The translations under genes and the position numbers were made by a program. Below are positions 20,138 to 29,894 of a stretch of 62,430 nucleotides of DNA, piece after piece. The notes below the pieces were generated by a model that saw only the letters and a list, made by a program, of their open reading frames with translations, did not search any database and had not been told where the DNA came from. Source of the DNA: Phycisphaerales bacterium (lineage in GTDB: Bacteria > Planctomycetota > Phycisphaerae > UBA1845); NCBI GenBank assembly GCA_030631415.1, contig DAOVLE010000001.1, positions 1 through 62,430 on the forward strand, read 5' to 3'. How positions within the stretch are numbered: position 1 is the first letter of the stretch; the number at the start of each line of letters is the position of its first letter.

Positions 20138-20458
20138 AGTCACGCGGACCGGCTGGGGTGGTCCGGCAGCGATACCGGTGGGCTGCGCTGCTCGCGAGAG
20201 CGAAACAAACCGGGTGGTTCGCGGTCTGCCGTATAAAGCTGTCGTCGTCGGGTCCTCGCCCCGCGGAGGCCGCCAGGCCCTTTGGACCCGACGAGGACGG
20301 CTTAGGCAGGCCGCTTCTGGCCGGGGCATGACACGGGGCTCCCCTGGTCTGCCGGTAATGCCCGAGTCGGAGGGCTCCTCTTCTCACTTGATCCCAGGGA
20401 CGACGGCGCGAGCATGCCGAGTTCAACCATGACCGAGTTCAACCATGACATCGCCGAG
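20138..20458. repeat. copy A of a ~300-bp repeat (last codons of the coiled-coil gene plus the intergenic leader)
   Basis: Aligns by eye along its whole length with 22002-22307 at roughly 90% identity, same orientation. It contains an internal 16-bp tandem duplication, CGAGTTCAACCATGAC x2, at 20418-20449. Confidence 0.85.
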
Positions 20459-20530
20459 GTCCTTGAGAGACGTGTCCGGGAGCCAAAGCGTGAATCCTGT
20501 CTTCTCGGCTCCGGCCTGTCGTGGACTCAT
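20423..20530 (-). pseudogene. chimeric 35-codon remnant: RHH N-terminus fused to the C-terminus of the coiled-coil protein
   Basis: Reads MSPRQAGAEKTGFTLWLPDTSLKDLGDVMVELGHG. The first 24 aa copy the RHH protein (MSPRHAGAEKTRFTLWLPDGSLKDL). The tail GDVMVELG copies the end of the 22266-23600 product (..LGDVMVELGMLAP). Confidence 0.6.
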
Positions 20531-20691
20531 TGGTCAGCTCCGCTGGACGATAGATGGGTAAATGGTATGCATTTCCGGCGTACCAGGCAAGCCACGTACG
20601 CGGACCGTTCAAAGGCTGGGGCGTCGGCGATGATATGTGGTGAAGCCTGTCGAATCGCCTGGAACGCCGAAAGAGGAGCGCGCTGCGTGGC

Positions 20692-21924
20692 TTACGGACC
20701 GTCAAAGTCCATCTGAAAAACTGCAAAGTCAGCCAAATCACTGTCACCGTCCACGTCGAGGTCAGCGCAGGCGCATGGATCGCCCACCGGATTCTCCGGC
20801 CCCTCGAAACAGGCAACGAAGGTACTTAGGTCAGTAAGGTCCACGTAGCCATTGGCATCGCAATCGCTGCAGGAAACCGCCCACAACCTCCACGTATCGT
20901 CGAATTGGTCCTCGCCATTGCTTCCACCGTAGAGAGTACCCGCGTTCAAGAGGTTGTGTGACACGAGCCGGGCTCCTGCCAGTGCAGGCAACGGGTCGCC
21001 CAGTGGCTGCAACTGTGACCACTGCATACCGTCCCACATCCATGTGTCGTTAAAGTACGTAGCATCTGGCCAGCCGTATACTCCACCCACTAGAAGCGTG
21101 CCGCCGAAGTCGGTGGAGTAGGCCATCGTCATATGGCGGCGTTCTGAGGGACCAGCCACGGTTCGCTCCAGCCATTGTGTACCATCCCATTCCCAGGTAT
21201 CGCCTAAGTTTTCGAATCCCTGCCCAAACTCTCCACCGTATCCTCCGAACAGAACAGCGACTTGTCGTGTGTCATCAAACGCCATCCCGTGTGAGCGCCG
21301 GGCGCATGGTCCTTCAACAACCCGCTGTTGCCAACTGGTGCCGTCCCATACCCAGGTGTCGTTGTAGAGCCATTCTTCTTCTCCGGATCCTCCGGTGTCC
21401 CATATGCCTCCGAATAGTACGCACTCCTGTCGGATGCCGTCGTAGACCATGCGCGCGCTCCAGCGATCCGTCGGCCCTGAAGTCGCAACTTGGGCCCAGG
21501 CGGTGCCATCCCACTCCCATGTATCCCCAAGTGCAGCGTCATTGTTGTCGTGCCCACCATGCAGGACGACGACGCCCCGTACTGCATCGAAGGCCGCCGC
21601 GCTATCCTGTCGCGCAGTGGGGCCTGTTGTAGCTCTGAGTGTCCACGTTGAGCCATCGTATTCCCACGTGTCACCCACCTTCTGTCCACTCGATGCCTCT
21701 ACCCCGCCAAACAAAACGACCACGTCACGAGTGCCATCATACGCGAGAATCATGTTGCTGCGAGGTGACGGACCAACCGTTGAAACGTCCAGCCAGCCTG
21801 GACAGGTGCCAGAGCCATCTGCCCGAACATCTGTGGGGAGCGAGCTGAAGACCGTCAAACCTGCGACCACGAACGCGGCTGAGGGAATCATGAAAACGGT
21901 TCGGCTGCCTGCTGGGTTGGTCAT
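20692..21924 (-). CDS. secreted Kelch-repeat beta-propeller protein with C-terminal dockerin-like module
   Basis: Signal-peptide-like N-terminus MIPSAAFVVAGLTVFSSL. Repeated GDTWEWDG / NDTWVWDG / NDTWMWDG Kelch signatures. The C-terminus DANGYVDLTDL...DLDVDGDSDLADF looks like paired Ca-binding dockerin repeats. Confidence 0.75.
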   Translation of the reverse strand: MTNPAGSRTVFMIPSAAFVVAGLTVFSSLPTDVRADGSGTCPGWLDVSTVGPSPRSNMILAYDGTRDVVVLFGGVEASSGQKVGDTWEYDGSTWTLRATTGPTARQDSAAAFDAVRGVVVLHGGHDNNDAALGDTWEWDGTAWAQVATSGPTDRWSARMVYDGIRQECVLFGGIWDTGGSGEEEWLYNDTWVWDGTSWQQRVVEGPCARRSHGMAFDDTRQVAVLFGGYGGEFGQGFENLGDTWEWDGTQWLERTVAGPSERRHMTMAYSTDFGGTLLVGGVYGWPDATYFNDTWMWDGMQWSQLQPLGDPLPALAGARLVSHNLLNAGTLYGGSNGEDQFDDTWRLWAVSCSDCDANGYVDLTDLSTFVACFEGPENPVGDPCACADLDVDGDSDLADFAVFQMDFDGP

Positions 21925-22001
21925 CTGTCTCCTCGTTGCTCACGTGTCCTGGTAACACGCCGAGAGCTATATCCTAGCAGTTTGTGGATGTGCGGATCAA
22001 G

Positions 22002-22307
22002 AGTCACGCGGACCGGCTGGAGCGGTCCGGCAACGATACCGGTGGGCTGCGCTGCTCGCGAAAGCGAAACACACCGGGTGGGTCGCGGTCTGCCGTATAA
22101 AGCCGTCCTCGTCGGGTCCTCGCCCCGCGAAGGCCGCCAGGCCCTTGGGACTCGACGAGGACGGCTTAGGCAGGCCGCTTCTGGCCGGGGCATGACACGG
22201 GACTCCCCTGGTCTGCCGGTAATGCCCGAGTCGGAGGGCTCCTCTTCTGACTCGATCCCAGGGGACTACGGCGCGAGCATGCCGAGTTCGACCATGACGT
22301 CGCCGAG
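22002..22307. repeat. copy B of the ~300-bp repeat
   Basis: See copy A. Here it spans the true 3' end of the coiled-coil gene and the leader of the Kelch gene. Confidence 0.85.
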
Positions 22308-23600
22308 CTCGTTCAGGTAGTCCTGGGCTTTCTGGAGCTGCTCGCGATCTTCCGGCGACATGCGGTTGAAGTAGGACGCGAAGCCCCAGCGCGGGCGTTC
22401 CTTGTCCTCCTGCTTCTTCGTGCCCAGTCGGTGGAGCTTAGTGAGCCCCTTCACGGTGGGCTGGAGCGCCCCGGTTGCCCGGAGGGCAGCGAGCGATACC
22501 CCTGTTTTCCTCGCGCCGGTCTTCTTGCCCGGCTGCGAGTAGGCCGGCGTGATAAACGGAGCCAGCAGAGCTTGGACCTCGGGGCTGCGCGCCTTGGCCT
22601 TCAGTTCCTCATGCTGGGCCGCGCCCAACTGGCTATCGCGTGCCAGCTTCGACTCGATGTCCGCGACATCGCGCTTGGTCTTGGCCTCGGCACGCATGCG
22701 TTCAAGCTCGGCCATGGCATCATCGTAGGCCACTTCGGCAGCGATGCGACGGGCTTCCTCCTCTTGTTTCATTCGTTTGAGTCTGATCTCGAAGTCGATT
22801 CTCATCCGCTCGATTTCGGCTTGGGCTTCCTTGCGGATGCGATCGCGTTCCTCTTCGACGAGGTCGAGCTGCGCGGCGCGAGTGGCGTCGATGAGGATCT
22901 TCTGCGATTCTCCCTCGGCGAGCTCATGGCCGAGGATTTTGGAATCGGCGAGAAGCTGATGCCAACGAGCACGGTAGTCCTGTATCGCCTTTGCCAGCGT
23001 CTTGGCCTTGGAGAGGTCGATCTCGGTGGGTGCTTTCGCGAGGATCGTATCCAGGGTGGATTCCTGCACGACCAGTCGCGGCAGGCGATCCTTCGCCCAG
23101 AAAGCAAGCTCGTCGGCCTCCTCCTCGATATCCTCGTAATCGCTCAGCAGAAACCCCAGGTCAGCACGCTTTCGCTCATCCCGGAGGCGCTGGACGATTG
23201 CCGACACCGTGGCGACTTGCAGTTTGACCTCGTCCAGCGACACGGCGGGGCTCTTGTCCAGTTCCAGATAGGCGATGAAGCCCCCCGGGTCATGGGCCAG
23301 GCGCTTGCCCTCGTCGTTTGTCAGAAGAGCCTGCATACGGCGGGAGAGTGTCTCGGCCTTCTGAGCAAGCGTGGCAAGAAGATCACTCGTCCCCTGGACC
23401 TCGGCGGTGAACTGGTCGAAGGCGTGTCGCGTGTGCTGTCGCTGCTGCTTTTCAATGCGCTCCTTGAGTTCGCGCTCCAGGGATTGGATTTTTCGCTCGT
23501 CCTTGGTCACCTCTTCCTGAGCGAAGGAGGCCGGAACGCCGGTGGCAACGAATAAGGCGAGAGCGAAGAGCACGACGGTTGCGTTTCTTCCGAGGGCCAT
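22266..23600 (-). CDS. secreted coiled-coil protein
   Basis: I chose the start MALGRNATVVLFALALFVATGVPASFAQ (signal peptide). AAGGAG lies 5 nt upstream, and this ATG sits 1 nt after the upstream stop. The rest is charged heptad-like sequence. Confidence 0.6.
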   Translation of the reverse strand: MALGRNATVVLFALALFVATGVPASFAQEEVTKDERKIQSLERELKERIEKQQRQHTRHAFDQFTAEVQGTSDLLATLAQKAETLSRRMQALLTNDEGKRLAHDPGGFIAYLELDKSPAVSLDEVKLQVATVSAIVQRLRDERKRADLGFLLSDYEDIEEEADELAFWAKDRLPRLVVQESTLDTILAKAPTEIDLSKAKTLAKAIQDYRARWHQLLADSKILGHELAEGESQKILIDATRAAQLDLVEEERDRIRKEAQAEIERMRIDFEIRLKRMKQEEEARRIAAEVAYDDAMAELERMRAEAKTKRDVADIESKLARDSQLGAAQHEELKAKARSPEVQALLAPFITPAYSQPGKKTGARKTGVSLAALRATGALQPTVKGLTKLHRLGTKKQEDKERPRWGFASYFNRMSPEDREQLQKAQDYLNELGDVMVELGMLAP

Positions 23601-23601
23601 T

Positions 23602-24600
23602 CTAAGGACTCCTTCCTTCCAGGCGATGACGAACGAGTGCAGTCCGCACGAAGCGGATGTTGTCGGTCTGAGCTTTGAGTTGTTCCTGTTCCTCTTCGAT
23701 TGAGTACTGAAGGTCTTTGAGGGCCGTCCGATCGGCTTCGGTAAGCTGCTTCTCGTCGATGCGCTGGCGAATCTCGGCGAGAATCTTCCGGTTGGCATCA
23801 AACTGGGACGGGCCTACGTGTGCGTTCAGGATCTGGTTCCAGGCCGCAAGAAACGACTCGTCGGTGACCACGAGAAAATCGACCTCATCGGGCGTGTCGT
23901 CGGGCGAGCCGACAATACGCTCAAGGGAAAAGCCGACGACCTTCTTGAAGTCGGCTTCGAGACGACGTGAGGCATCTCTGAGCCCTTCTAGCTTCTCTGT
24001 AGCCTCGGTATGGGCCTGCACGATGGCGGTCTCCAGCGCCTGGTACTCGGCCTCCTTCGTTTCGCGGAGTACTTCGGCCTGAGCCTGGACGAGGTTCTTC
24101 TCTTCCTGGACAGTTCTGACCTCGGCCCACTGCTTCAGCGGCTCGCGCAGCACGAACAGGGAAACCAGAACCACGAATGCGACCACCGCGATGGCGGCAA
24201 CAACGCCCCAGGTATTCGTTCGCTGCTGCTGTTCGCCTGGAAGCGGATACGGGGCTTCAGGATACGGTCCGCTGGCTTCCACCTGCGGGGGTAGAGCCTG
24301 GCTTGGACCTAGCACTGGTGGCATGCCGGCTTGTTGTCTCAGAGCAGCGTGCCTCTGAGGATCGTCGGACTTGACGAGCCAACCGTCTCCTTCGTGCTTG
24401 AACCATGCCGTGTGGCGGGGGTCTTTCAGCGTTAGGATCTGACCCTCTCCCGCCGGCTTGCTGAGCCGGATGTTGCCAACGTCGAGGTCATCAATAGCAG
24501 CGCTTTGCGGGTAGGATGTCCCGTCCAATGTCATGGTGCCATCTGGGGCCAATTGGACAGGGCCGTCTTCCCATCCGGCACATGTAATCCAATCATCCAC
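23602..24600 (-). CDS. single-pass membrane protein with coiled-coil C-terminal half
   Basis: 332 aa with a TM helix WGVVAAIAVVAFVVLVSLFVL. Confidence 0.55.
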   Translation of the reverse strand: MDDWITCAGWEDGPVQLAPDGTMTLDGTSYPQSAAIDDLDVGNIRLSKPAGEGQILTLKDPRHTAWFKHEGDGWLVKSDDPQRHAALRQQAGMPPVLGPSQALPPQVEASGPYPEAPYPLPGEQQQRTNTWGVVAAIAVVAFVVLVSLFVLREPLKQWAEVRTVQEEKNLVQAQAEVLRETKEAEYQALETAIVQAHTEATEKLEGLRDASRRLEADFKKVVGFSLERIVGSPDDTPDEVDFLVVTDESFLAAWNQILNAHVGPSQFDANRKILAEIRQRIDEKQLTEADRTALKDLQYSIEEEQEQLKAQTDNIRFVRTALVRHRLEGRSP

Positions 24601-24697
24601 AGTGGGGGCCTCCAGAGTCCGCCCAAAACGCCGCTACAGTTGCATCATACCGCAGGATACTGGGGTGGGACAGGCCGTGCCTGGATCCCACTGCGAG

Positions 24698-26659
24698 TTA
24701 GCCCCGACCATCTGGAGGCGGCAGGTTGATCTGGTCGAGGTGCGTGCCTCGGGCCTGACGAGGCCGTTCGCCGGGGCCTCGGGGCATGAGGATGTCAGCG
24801 AGGAAGGAGCCGAGCCGTTCCCTGTCCTGTTCGTTCCATGGGGCGGGGTATTCCTGGCTCGCCTCGCGAGCGATAAACCTGGGCTGGTTTCCCTTGCGGT
24901 AGAGGAATCTGGCGTGGTGAACCCATCCTTCGTAGTTACCGACCGCAGGCGTACTGTAGTAGCCGTAGAAGCGTTGCGAATTGGCGGGGTATAGCTGCTG
25001 GACCTGCTCGGGCAAAACGGTCTTGCGTTGCACGATGTGCTCGGCCTCGGCTGTTGACACTTCCTCTCCGTAGGTCTCGCTCCTGGTCGTTTCGTAGCGC
25101 TCAGCCTCGCCCATGACCTCGGAGACGTACTTCCCGGTGACCGGGCTTCTGGTGCCGAACATGGCCTTGTTCGCAGCGCCGCCGAGAATCTCCTCGGCCA
25201 GGTCGGGCCCGTACGCGTGGCGGAGACCGGCGACGTCTTGAGTGGCGAGGCACACGCGGGCGCCGAAGCTGCGGCCGGTGGTCAACAGGTCATCGAGCCC
25301 GGGAATCTTCCCGGCGAATTTGGCCTCGTCGATGAAGACCCAGGTTCTGCCGGCATTCTGTCGCGGTCTGGTGAGTATCTCAGTTATCCGCTGAAAGAGG
25401 ACGCGGTTCACGTTGTCGAGGGGTTCCGCCAGTTCCTTGTCCTTTGCGAGGAGGAGTATGTACTCGCTGCTCGCCCAGTCTTTGAGGCTGACGCTCACCT
25501 TGGCGTTGGCCCACAGCGCGGCGATGGGTCTCAGGCTGCTCATGGTTGTGTTGAGGGTCATCATGATGTTGGAGACCGTGCGCGGGTCTTCTAGGAAGAC
25601 CTGATCGTACGTGTGTTGGATTTCGGGGACGGACTTGAGGAGCCGCTTGACGGTGCTCTTGTCGGACATGGCGAGCACGACATCCCGAAGGGTCCACCGC
25701 CCGGGGGCCTTGAGAATGAAGGCCTCCATCACGGCACTCGTGATGCCCTGGGCGGCCTGGTAGAAAAAGGAGTTCTGCCCGCCCGGGTCGGGGATTAGGG
25801 TCGTGGCGAGGGTTTTGGCGACGCTCGGCTGGTTGATATCGCGGGCAATGTCCCACCTCGCGGAACGGGTGTCGTATGGATGGAGCGTAATGACCGGGCA
25901 TGACAGCCCCATCCCGCTCAGGATGGGCCAGAATTCATTCTTGGGATCGTAGATGAGGGCGCGCCAGCCGCGTTGCCCTCGGCCGATGAGCGGCAGGATG
26001 CTCTGCATGAGGAGCCGCAGCGTGACGGTTTTCCCACTCCCGGTGGCCCCGAAGATGCAGAAGTGACCATCGGAGTGGCGTTCCGGAAGCGAGAGGCCAC
26101 CCCAGTGAATCCTGGGCTCTCCGGCGGCGACCGGAAGGGCCTGGCAGCGGTTCCACGCCTCGCCGATTGACATCTTAGCCGTGCCGCGGATGAACTCGGG
26201 GTCTGCGCCACCTGCACCGGTCGGGGAAGGCGCGAAAATCCAGAGGAGAAACTGCAGCCCGAAGGGCAGGATGAGCCAGCCGACGATGACCCAACCCCAA
26301 ACCGGGCTCGCGCCGAATAGCTGGGACGAGAGTAGCCCCCCCATGAGTGTGCCGAACGGGAAGAGAAACAGCCAGATGCCGTATTCGCCGGAGATTTGCG
26401 CGACCGCGGGAAAGAAACCGGGATGGTGGCGCCACAGTTGGCTCATACCGGTACCTGGACTTCGGAGCCGGCCGCGCCGACCGGCAATCGAGGAGATGAA
26501 CAGCAGAGTGGGGATGAAGGCCAGTCCCGCAAACGCCTCCCAGCCCTCTGGGTAGCTCCACTTCATCGCAAGCACAATGGCGGCGAAGAAGACCACGACG
26601 AGCATGCAGCAGAAGACGAGAAACAGAAACCGGGATAGGTTCGTCGGCATAGACATCAT
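24698..26659 (-). CDS. type IV secretion coupling protein (VirD4/TraG/TraD family)
   Basis: N-terminal TM segments, Walker A IFGATGSGKT, Walker B-like TWVFIDEAKF, and the block RSFGARVCLATQDVAGL. There is a 4-nt overlap with the relaxase gene. Confidence 0.85.
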   Translation of the reverse strand: MMSMPTNLSRFLFLVFCCMLVVVFFAAIVLAMKWSYPEGWEAFAGLAFIPTLLFISSIAGRRGRLRSPGTGMSQLWRHHPGFFPAVAQISGEYGIWLFLFPFGTLMGGLLSSQLFGASPVWGWVIVGWLILPFGLQFLLWIFAPSPTGAGGADPEFIRGTAKMSIGEAWNRCQALPVAAGEPRIHWGGLSLPERHSDGHFCIFGATGSGKTVTLRLLMQSILPLIGRGQRGWRALIYDPKNEFWPILSGMGLSCPVITLHPYDTRSARWDIARDINQPSVAKTLATTLIPDPGGQNSFFYQAAQGITSAVMEAFILKAPGRWTLRDVVLAMSDKSTVKRLLKSVPEIQHTYDQVFLEDPRTVSNIMMTLNTTMSSLRPIAALWANAKVSVSLKDWASSEYILLLAKDKELAEPLDNVNRVLFQRITEILTRPRQNAGRTWVFIDEAKFAGKIPGLDDLLTTGRSFGARVCLATQDVAGLRHAYGPDLAEEILGGAANKAMFGTRSPVTGKYVSEVMGEAERYETTRSETYGEEVSTAEAEHIVQRKTVLPEQVQQLYPANSQRFYGYYSTPAVGNYEGWVHHARFLYRKGNQPRFIAREASQEYPAPWNEQDRERLGSFLADILMPRGPGERPRQARGTHLDQINLPPPDGRG

Positions 26660-29337
26660 CCTAGCTCCAGGCCGAAGCCTGGTTCTTGCTTCCGTATCAC
26701 GTCGTGGGCGAGGTCCTTGGCCTGTGATCGCTTCATTTGGCGGGCAAGACGGGCAAGGTCCTCACCTGCCTCCCGCTCATCGATGTAGATACGGGTCTCG
26801 GTGCGAGCCCGGGAAGCTTGGACGTAAGAGATTTCTCGGTCCTGCATCGAGCCGCCAGCCAGGACATAGGCCCTGTCGACCGTGGTGCCCTGCCCCTTGT
26901 GCGTCGTCACAGCGTACCCGAGCCGAAGGGCTACGTCACCCTTGTGGTCGCCGTGGTCGTGTCTGTAGCGCTTGAGCGGGATGATGACGCGCGCTCCCCC
27001 ATCAACCTGGACGGCGACGGCTTTTCGAAATCCGTTTACGGCGATGACGGTCCCGGTTTCGCCGTTCTCGACACCGAGCATGATGTCACGTTTCGTGAAG
27101 AGAATGCGGTCACCCTGAAACACGTAATCGTCTTTGAGCTTGAGGCCGGTCGAGGTATCGACGTGGCCGGAGTTGATCCGCCCGCTCTGGCACCGGTGGT
27201 TCACCTTATCCGCTTCCCGGTTTGTTCCGCAGAAGATCAGAGTCTCGTCGGTCCGGCGTGCTGCGGCCTCGCTCCAATCTGAAACGAGCGTGTCGATGGC
27301 GCGCTCGCGCGTGCTTTCCACCGAGACGAGGCCTCGCTGGGCGAGGTTCTTCAAGGCCCGTTCCGTCTCGCCTTTCGCAAGGTCGCGCACAACCTGGCGA
27401 TCCCGCTCATCGTCTTGGCGGCTGACCTCGACAAGTTCTGCGCAATCCAGGCGCTTGGCGAGCGCCAAGAACGGACAGCCGGCCTCAAGTGCTGAAAGTT
27501 GCCGCGCGTCTCCGGCCATGACGACTTTGCCGCCCTGGTTCACCACCCTCTCGGCGACGCGGGCCAATTGTCGAGTTCCGACCATGCTGGCTTCATCGAT
27601 GACCAGCACGGTTTTCTTGTTGATTCGGAGACGCTCCAGCTTGTAGGTCCGCTTCTTCCTCGCAGCACGAAGAAGCTGCTTGCCATGGTGCTTGAGTTGG
27701 TGCTTGAGCGACGGGTTCATCCGGAGTTCGAGCATCGCGAGCGTGTCGCTATTTATGCCAGAGCCGCGTTCGAGCTGCCTTACGGCTTTGCCGGCCAGGG
27801 CCGCGCCGATTACTGTGCAGCCAGCCTTTTCCCATACCTCGCGGCAGACATTGAGCGTGGCGGTCTTTCCGGTCCCAGCCACACCGGATAGGACCTTAAC
27901 TGCACCAGGGGTCTGCGTGAGGTGCTGGACAGCTTTGACCTGTTCGGGGTTCAGCGTGAACTCGGCGTTTTTCCGAAGCGTGCGGCGATCAGGTTTGAAG
28001 CGGAAGGTCTTCTTCTTGGCTACCACCCTGACAAGCTGTGTTCCGGCGTGCTTCAATCGGGACGTTAGTTCTTCCTTGGTGCGGGAACGCTTGGCCGACC
28101 GCCGGGCGATGACCGAATCAACGAGCTTGGGGCTGACGACATGTGATTTATCCGACCGGGTACGGTCGGCGCATTCGAGAAGGTGCTTCTCGACCGAGAG
28201 CATATCGGCGGTCGTGTACTGCATTTCGTGCTTGTGTTCGCCGAGCTTCACGATGTTGGGGGAATGCTCGATCTCATGTTTCACCCGGCCTCTGAGGATG
28301 CGGGTGTCGCAACCCCGACCCAGCGTTGCTACTGCCGTGTGCAGGAGAAGCTCCTTCTCACTGAAGTGGCTCTGTTGGTCTGTGATCACTTCGACGGCGA
28401 CATTGAAGGCCCGGCGGAACTCCCGCTCAGGGTCCTGTTCAACGGCGTTGCCAAGCAGGGCTGTGACCTGTTTCTCTGTGAGGCCGTATTCTTCGCCCTC
28501 CTTTCGCCAGAAACGAAAAAGCTCCTTTCTTGGTGGGACGATCCTCTTAACCTGCCTGGTCTTGAGCGTCGCCTCGGCAAACGCCTCCGCGCTCGCCGTT
28601 TCGAGAGCGGCCGGCCCGACTTCCTGCTCGATCTCTTTTCGCCGCTTGGAGAAGTGGTCGCAGAGTTTCTTGGACACGCCGCTGATTTCGAACCATGTGC
28701 TTTTTCGTTCGCACTCAAGGCCGAGCCGCTGAAGTCGGTGGGCAAGTTCGGCCCGAAAGATGGCGCCTGTCACCATCTTGTGTTGATAGAGTGCTCTGCT
28801 GAAGAGGGCACCGGTTGTGCCGTCCTCCCTGACACATCCGTTCATCACCAGAAAGTGGAAGTGTAGGTTCGGGTCGCCGGCTCGGCTCGTTCCGTGCTCA
28901 AAGACTGCGGCCCCCAAGCTAGCGCGCTCGTAATCCAGTCCCCCCTTGCCGCGGCGAGTGAACGATGCTTCCGATTCGAGGTAGTCCAAGGCTGCCTCAA
29001 CTGCCGCTGCGGCGGCTTGCTGAATCTGCCGTCTGGTCTGGATGTCGGCCTGGCTCCAAAGGACACTGACCGACTTGGGGACGGAGAACGTGAGGTCCCA
29101 GCCGGGCTGACGGTTCTCGTCCCCCGCGTTCTGGGTGAGTTTGGTCCCGTCGGGCCGGAAACCATCGAGTAGCTTCTGCAGGTCGGGGCGTTCCACTCTA
29201 CCGGAGAGGCCGAGCAGGTCTGCTCCCCTGCCGAGACAACGGCCCGGAGGCTCTCCGCCTTCCAGGTAGTAATCCTCGCGAGCCAGGTTGAGATAGTAAT
29301 TACCCTGACCGGCTTTCATGGCCGCGATCGAGAGCAT
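26656..29337 (-). CDS. MobF-family (TrwC/TraI-like) relaxase-helicase
   Basis: TrwC-type start MLSIAAMKAGQGNYYLNLAREDYY. Histidine-triad region HGTSRAGDPNLHFHFLVMN. C-terminal helicase Walker A SGVAGTGKT. Confidence 0.9.
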   Translation of the reverse strand: MLSIAAMKAGQGNYYLNLAREDYYLEGGEPPGRCLGRGADLLGLSGRVERPDLQKLLDGFRPDGTKLTQNAGDENRQPGWDLTFSVPKSVSVLWSQADIQTRRQIQQAAAAAVEAALDYLESEASFTRRGKGGLDYERASLGAAVFEHGTSRAGDPNLHFHFLVMNGCVREDGTTGALFSRALYQHKMVTGAIFRAELAHRLQRLGLECERKSTWFEISGVSKKLCDHFSKRRKEIEQEVGPAALETASAEAFAEATLKTRQVKRIVPPRKELFRFWRKEGEEYGLTEKQVTALLGNAVEQDPEREFRRAFNVAVEVITDQQSHFSEKELLLHTAVATLGRGCDTRILRGRVKHEIEHSPNIVKLGEHKHEMQYTTADMLSVEKHLLECADRTRSDKSHVVSPKLVDSVIARRSAKRSRTKEELTSRLKHAGTQLVRVVAKKKTFRFKPDRRTLRKNAEFTLNPEQVKAVQHLTQTPGAVKVLSGVAGTGKTATLNVCREVWEKAGCTVIGAALAGKAVRQLERGSGINSDTLAMLELRMNPSLKHQLKHHGKQLLRAARKKRTYKLERLRINKKTVLVIDEASMVGTRQLARVAERVVNQGGKVVMAGDARQLSALEAGCPFLALAKRLDCAELVEVSRQDDERDRQVVRDLAKGETERALKNLAQRGLVSVESTRERAIDTLVSDWSEAAARRTDETLIFCGTNREADKVNHRCQSGRINSGHVDTSTGLKLKDDYVFQGDRILFTKRDIMLGVENGETGTVIAVNGFRKAVAVQVDGGARVIIPLKRYRHDHGDHKGDVALRLGYAVTTHKGQGTTVDRAYVLAGGSMQDREISYVQASRARTETRIYIDEREAGEDLARLARQMKRSQAKDLAHDVIRKQEPGFGLELG

Positions 29338-29350
29338 GGTTCCTCCTGCC

Positions 29351-29680
29351 TCAGTCCAGAAGGTTCCTCTGGACCCAGGCGTTGATCTCCTTCGCGGTCA
29401 GCCAGTCTCGGCTGTCCGGTGGCTGATTCATGTCAGACAGGACTGCGCCCGTGGCAACAGCGAACTTATGCACAAGGGTCCGACCGAGCCTATCAATGGC
29501 GTTCTCAAGGTCGGTGAGTTGCCTGCCAGAATCCTCGGCGTCCCCCCGGCTCAGCGTGTCGATGACGACCGACCGAAGGTACTGGCTTCGGCTAAGACCG
29601 CGGGCTTTCGCTGCCTCATCGAGCTGCTTCGCAAGGGCGCCGGGAAGCCTGAAACTGATTGACTCGCTTGGCTCGGGCAT
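29351..29680 (-). CDS. ribbon-helix-helix relaxosome accessory/regulatory protein
   Basis: ISFRLPGALAKQLDEAAKARGLSRSQYLRSVV is a canonical RHH N-terminus. The gene sits immediately upstream of the relaxase gene. Confidence 0.65.
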   Translation of the reverse strand: MPEPSESISFRLPGALAKQLDEAAKARGLSRSQYLRSVVIDTLSRGDAEDSGRQLTDLENAIDRLGRTLVHKFAVATGAVLSDMNQPPDSRDWLTAKEINAWVQRNLLD

Positions 29681-29689
29681 TGACGAATC

Positions 29690-29890
29690 CTACGTGACCG
29701 TGACGGACGCGAACGGTGTACAACGAAACTCCTTGTGCCGGCGACACTTAAGCGATTGAGTGGGCACGAGCGAATACGATGTGTATACGACGCAAACTAT
29801 GGATTGAGGGGTACTTGCGCAGGGCTCGAAGCGTGTTTGTCCGCACCGGCCAGGTGCATTAGGTGTGGTACGTAAACTCGAAACGAGTTG
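29690..29890. promoter_or_regulatory. candidate oriT region
   Basis: Intergenic region upstream of the RHH-relaxase operon. It contains GGTGTGGT (29862-29869), identical to the core around the F-plasmid nic site (GGTGT/GGTG), plus short repeats (CGTGAC x2, ATACGA x2). Confidence 0.3.
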
Positions 29891-29894
29891 ACCT

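Noticed and set aside
19770-20426. The full 218-aa ORF from the track.
   Set aside because: Its first 112 codons run through the duplicated leader element and read as R/P/G-rich junk. An internal ATG with AGGAGG gives a sensible 106-aa protein.
20138-20458. The ~290-nt repeated leader as a riboswitch or known structured RNA.
   Set aside because: I recognise no riboswitch core. The differences between the two copies weaken the long hairpin rather than compensate for it (two mismatches in copy A), so there is no covariation support. It is kept only as a repeat of unknown function.
22266-23801. The 511-aa version of the coiled-coil ORF.
   Set aside because: The first 67 codons overlap the upstream gene and are low-complexity. 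The ATG at 23600 has an AAGGAG SD and yields a signal peptide.
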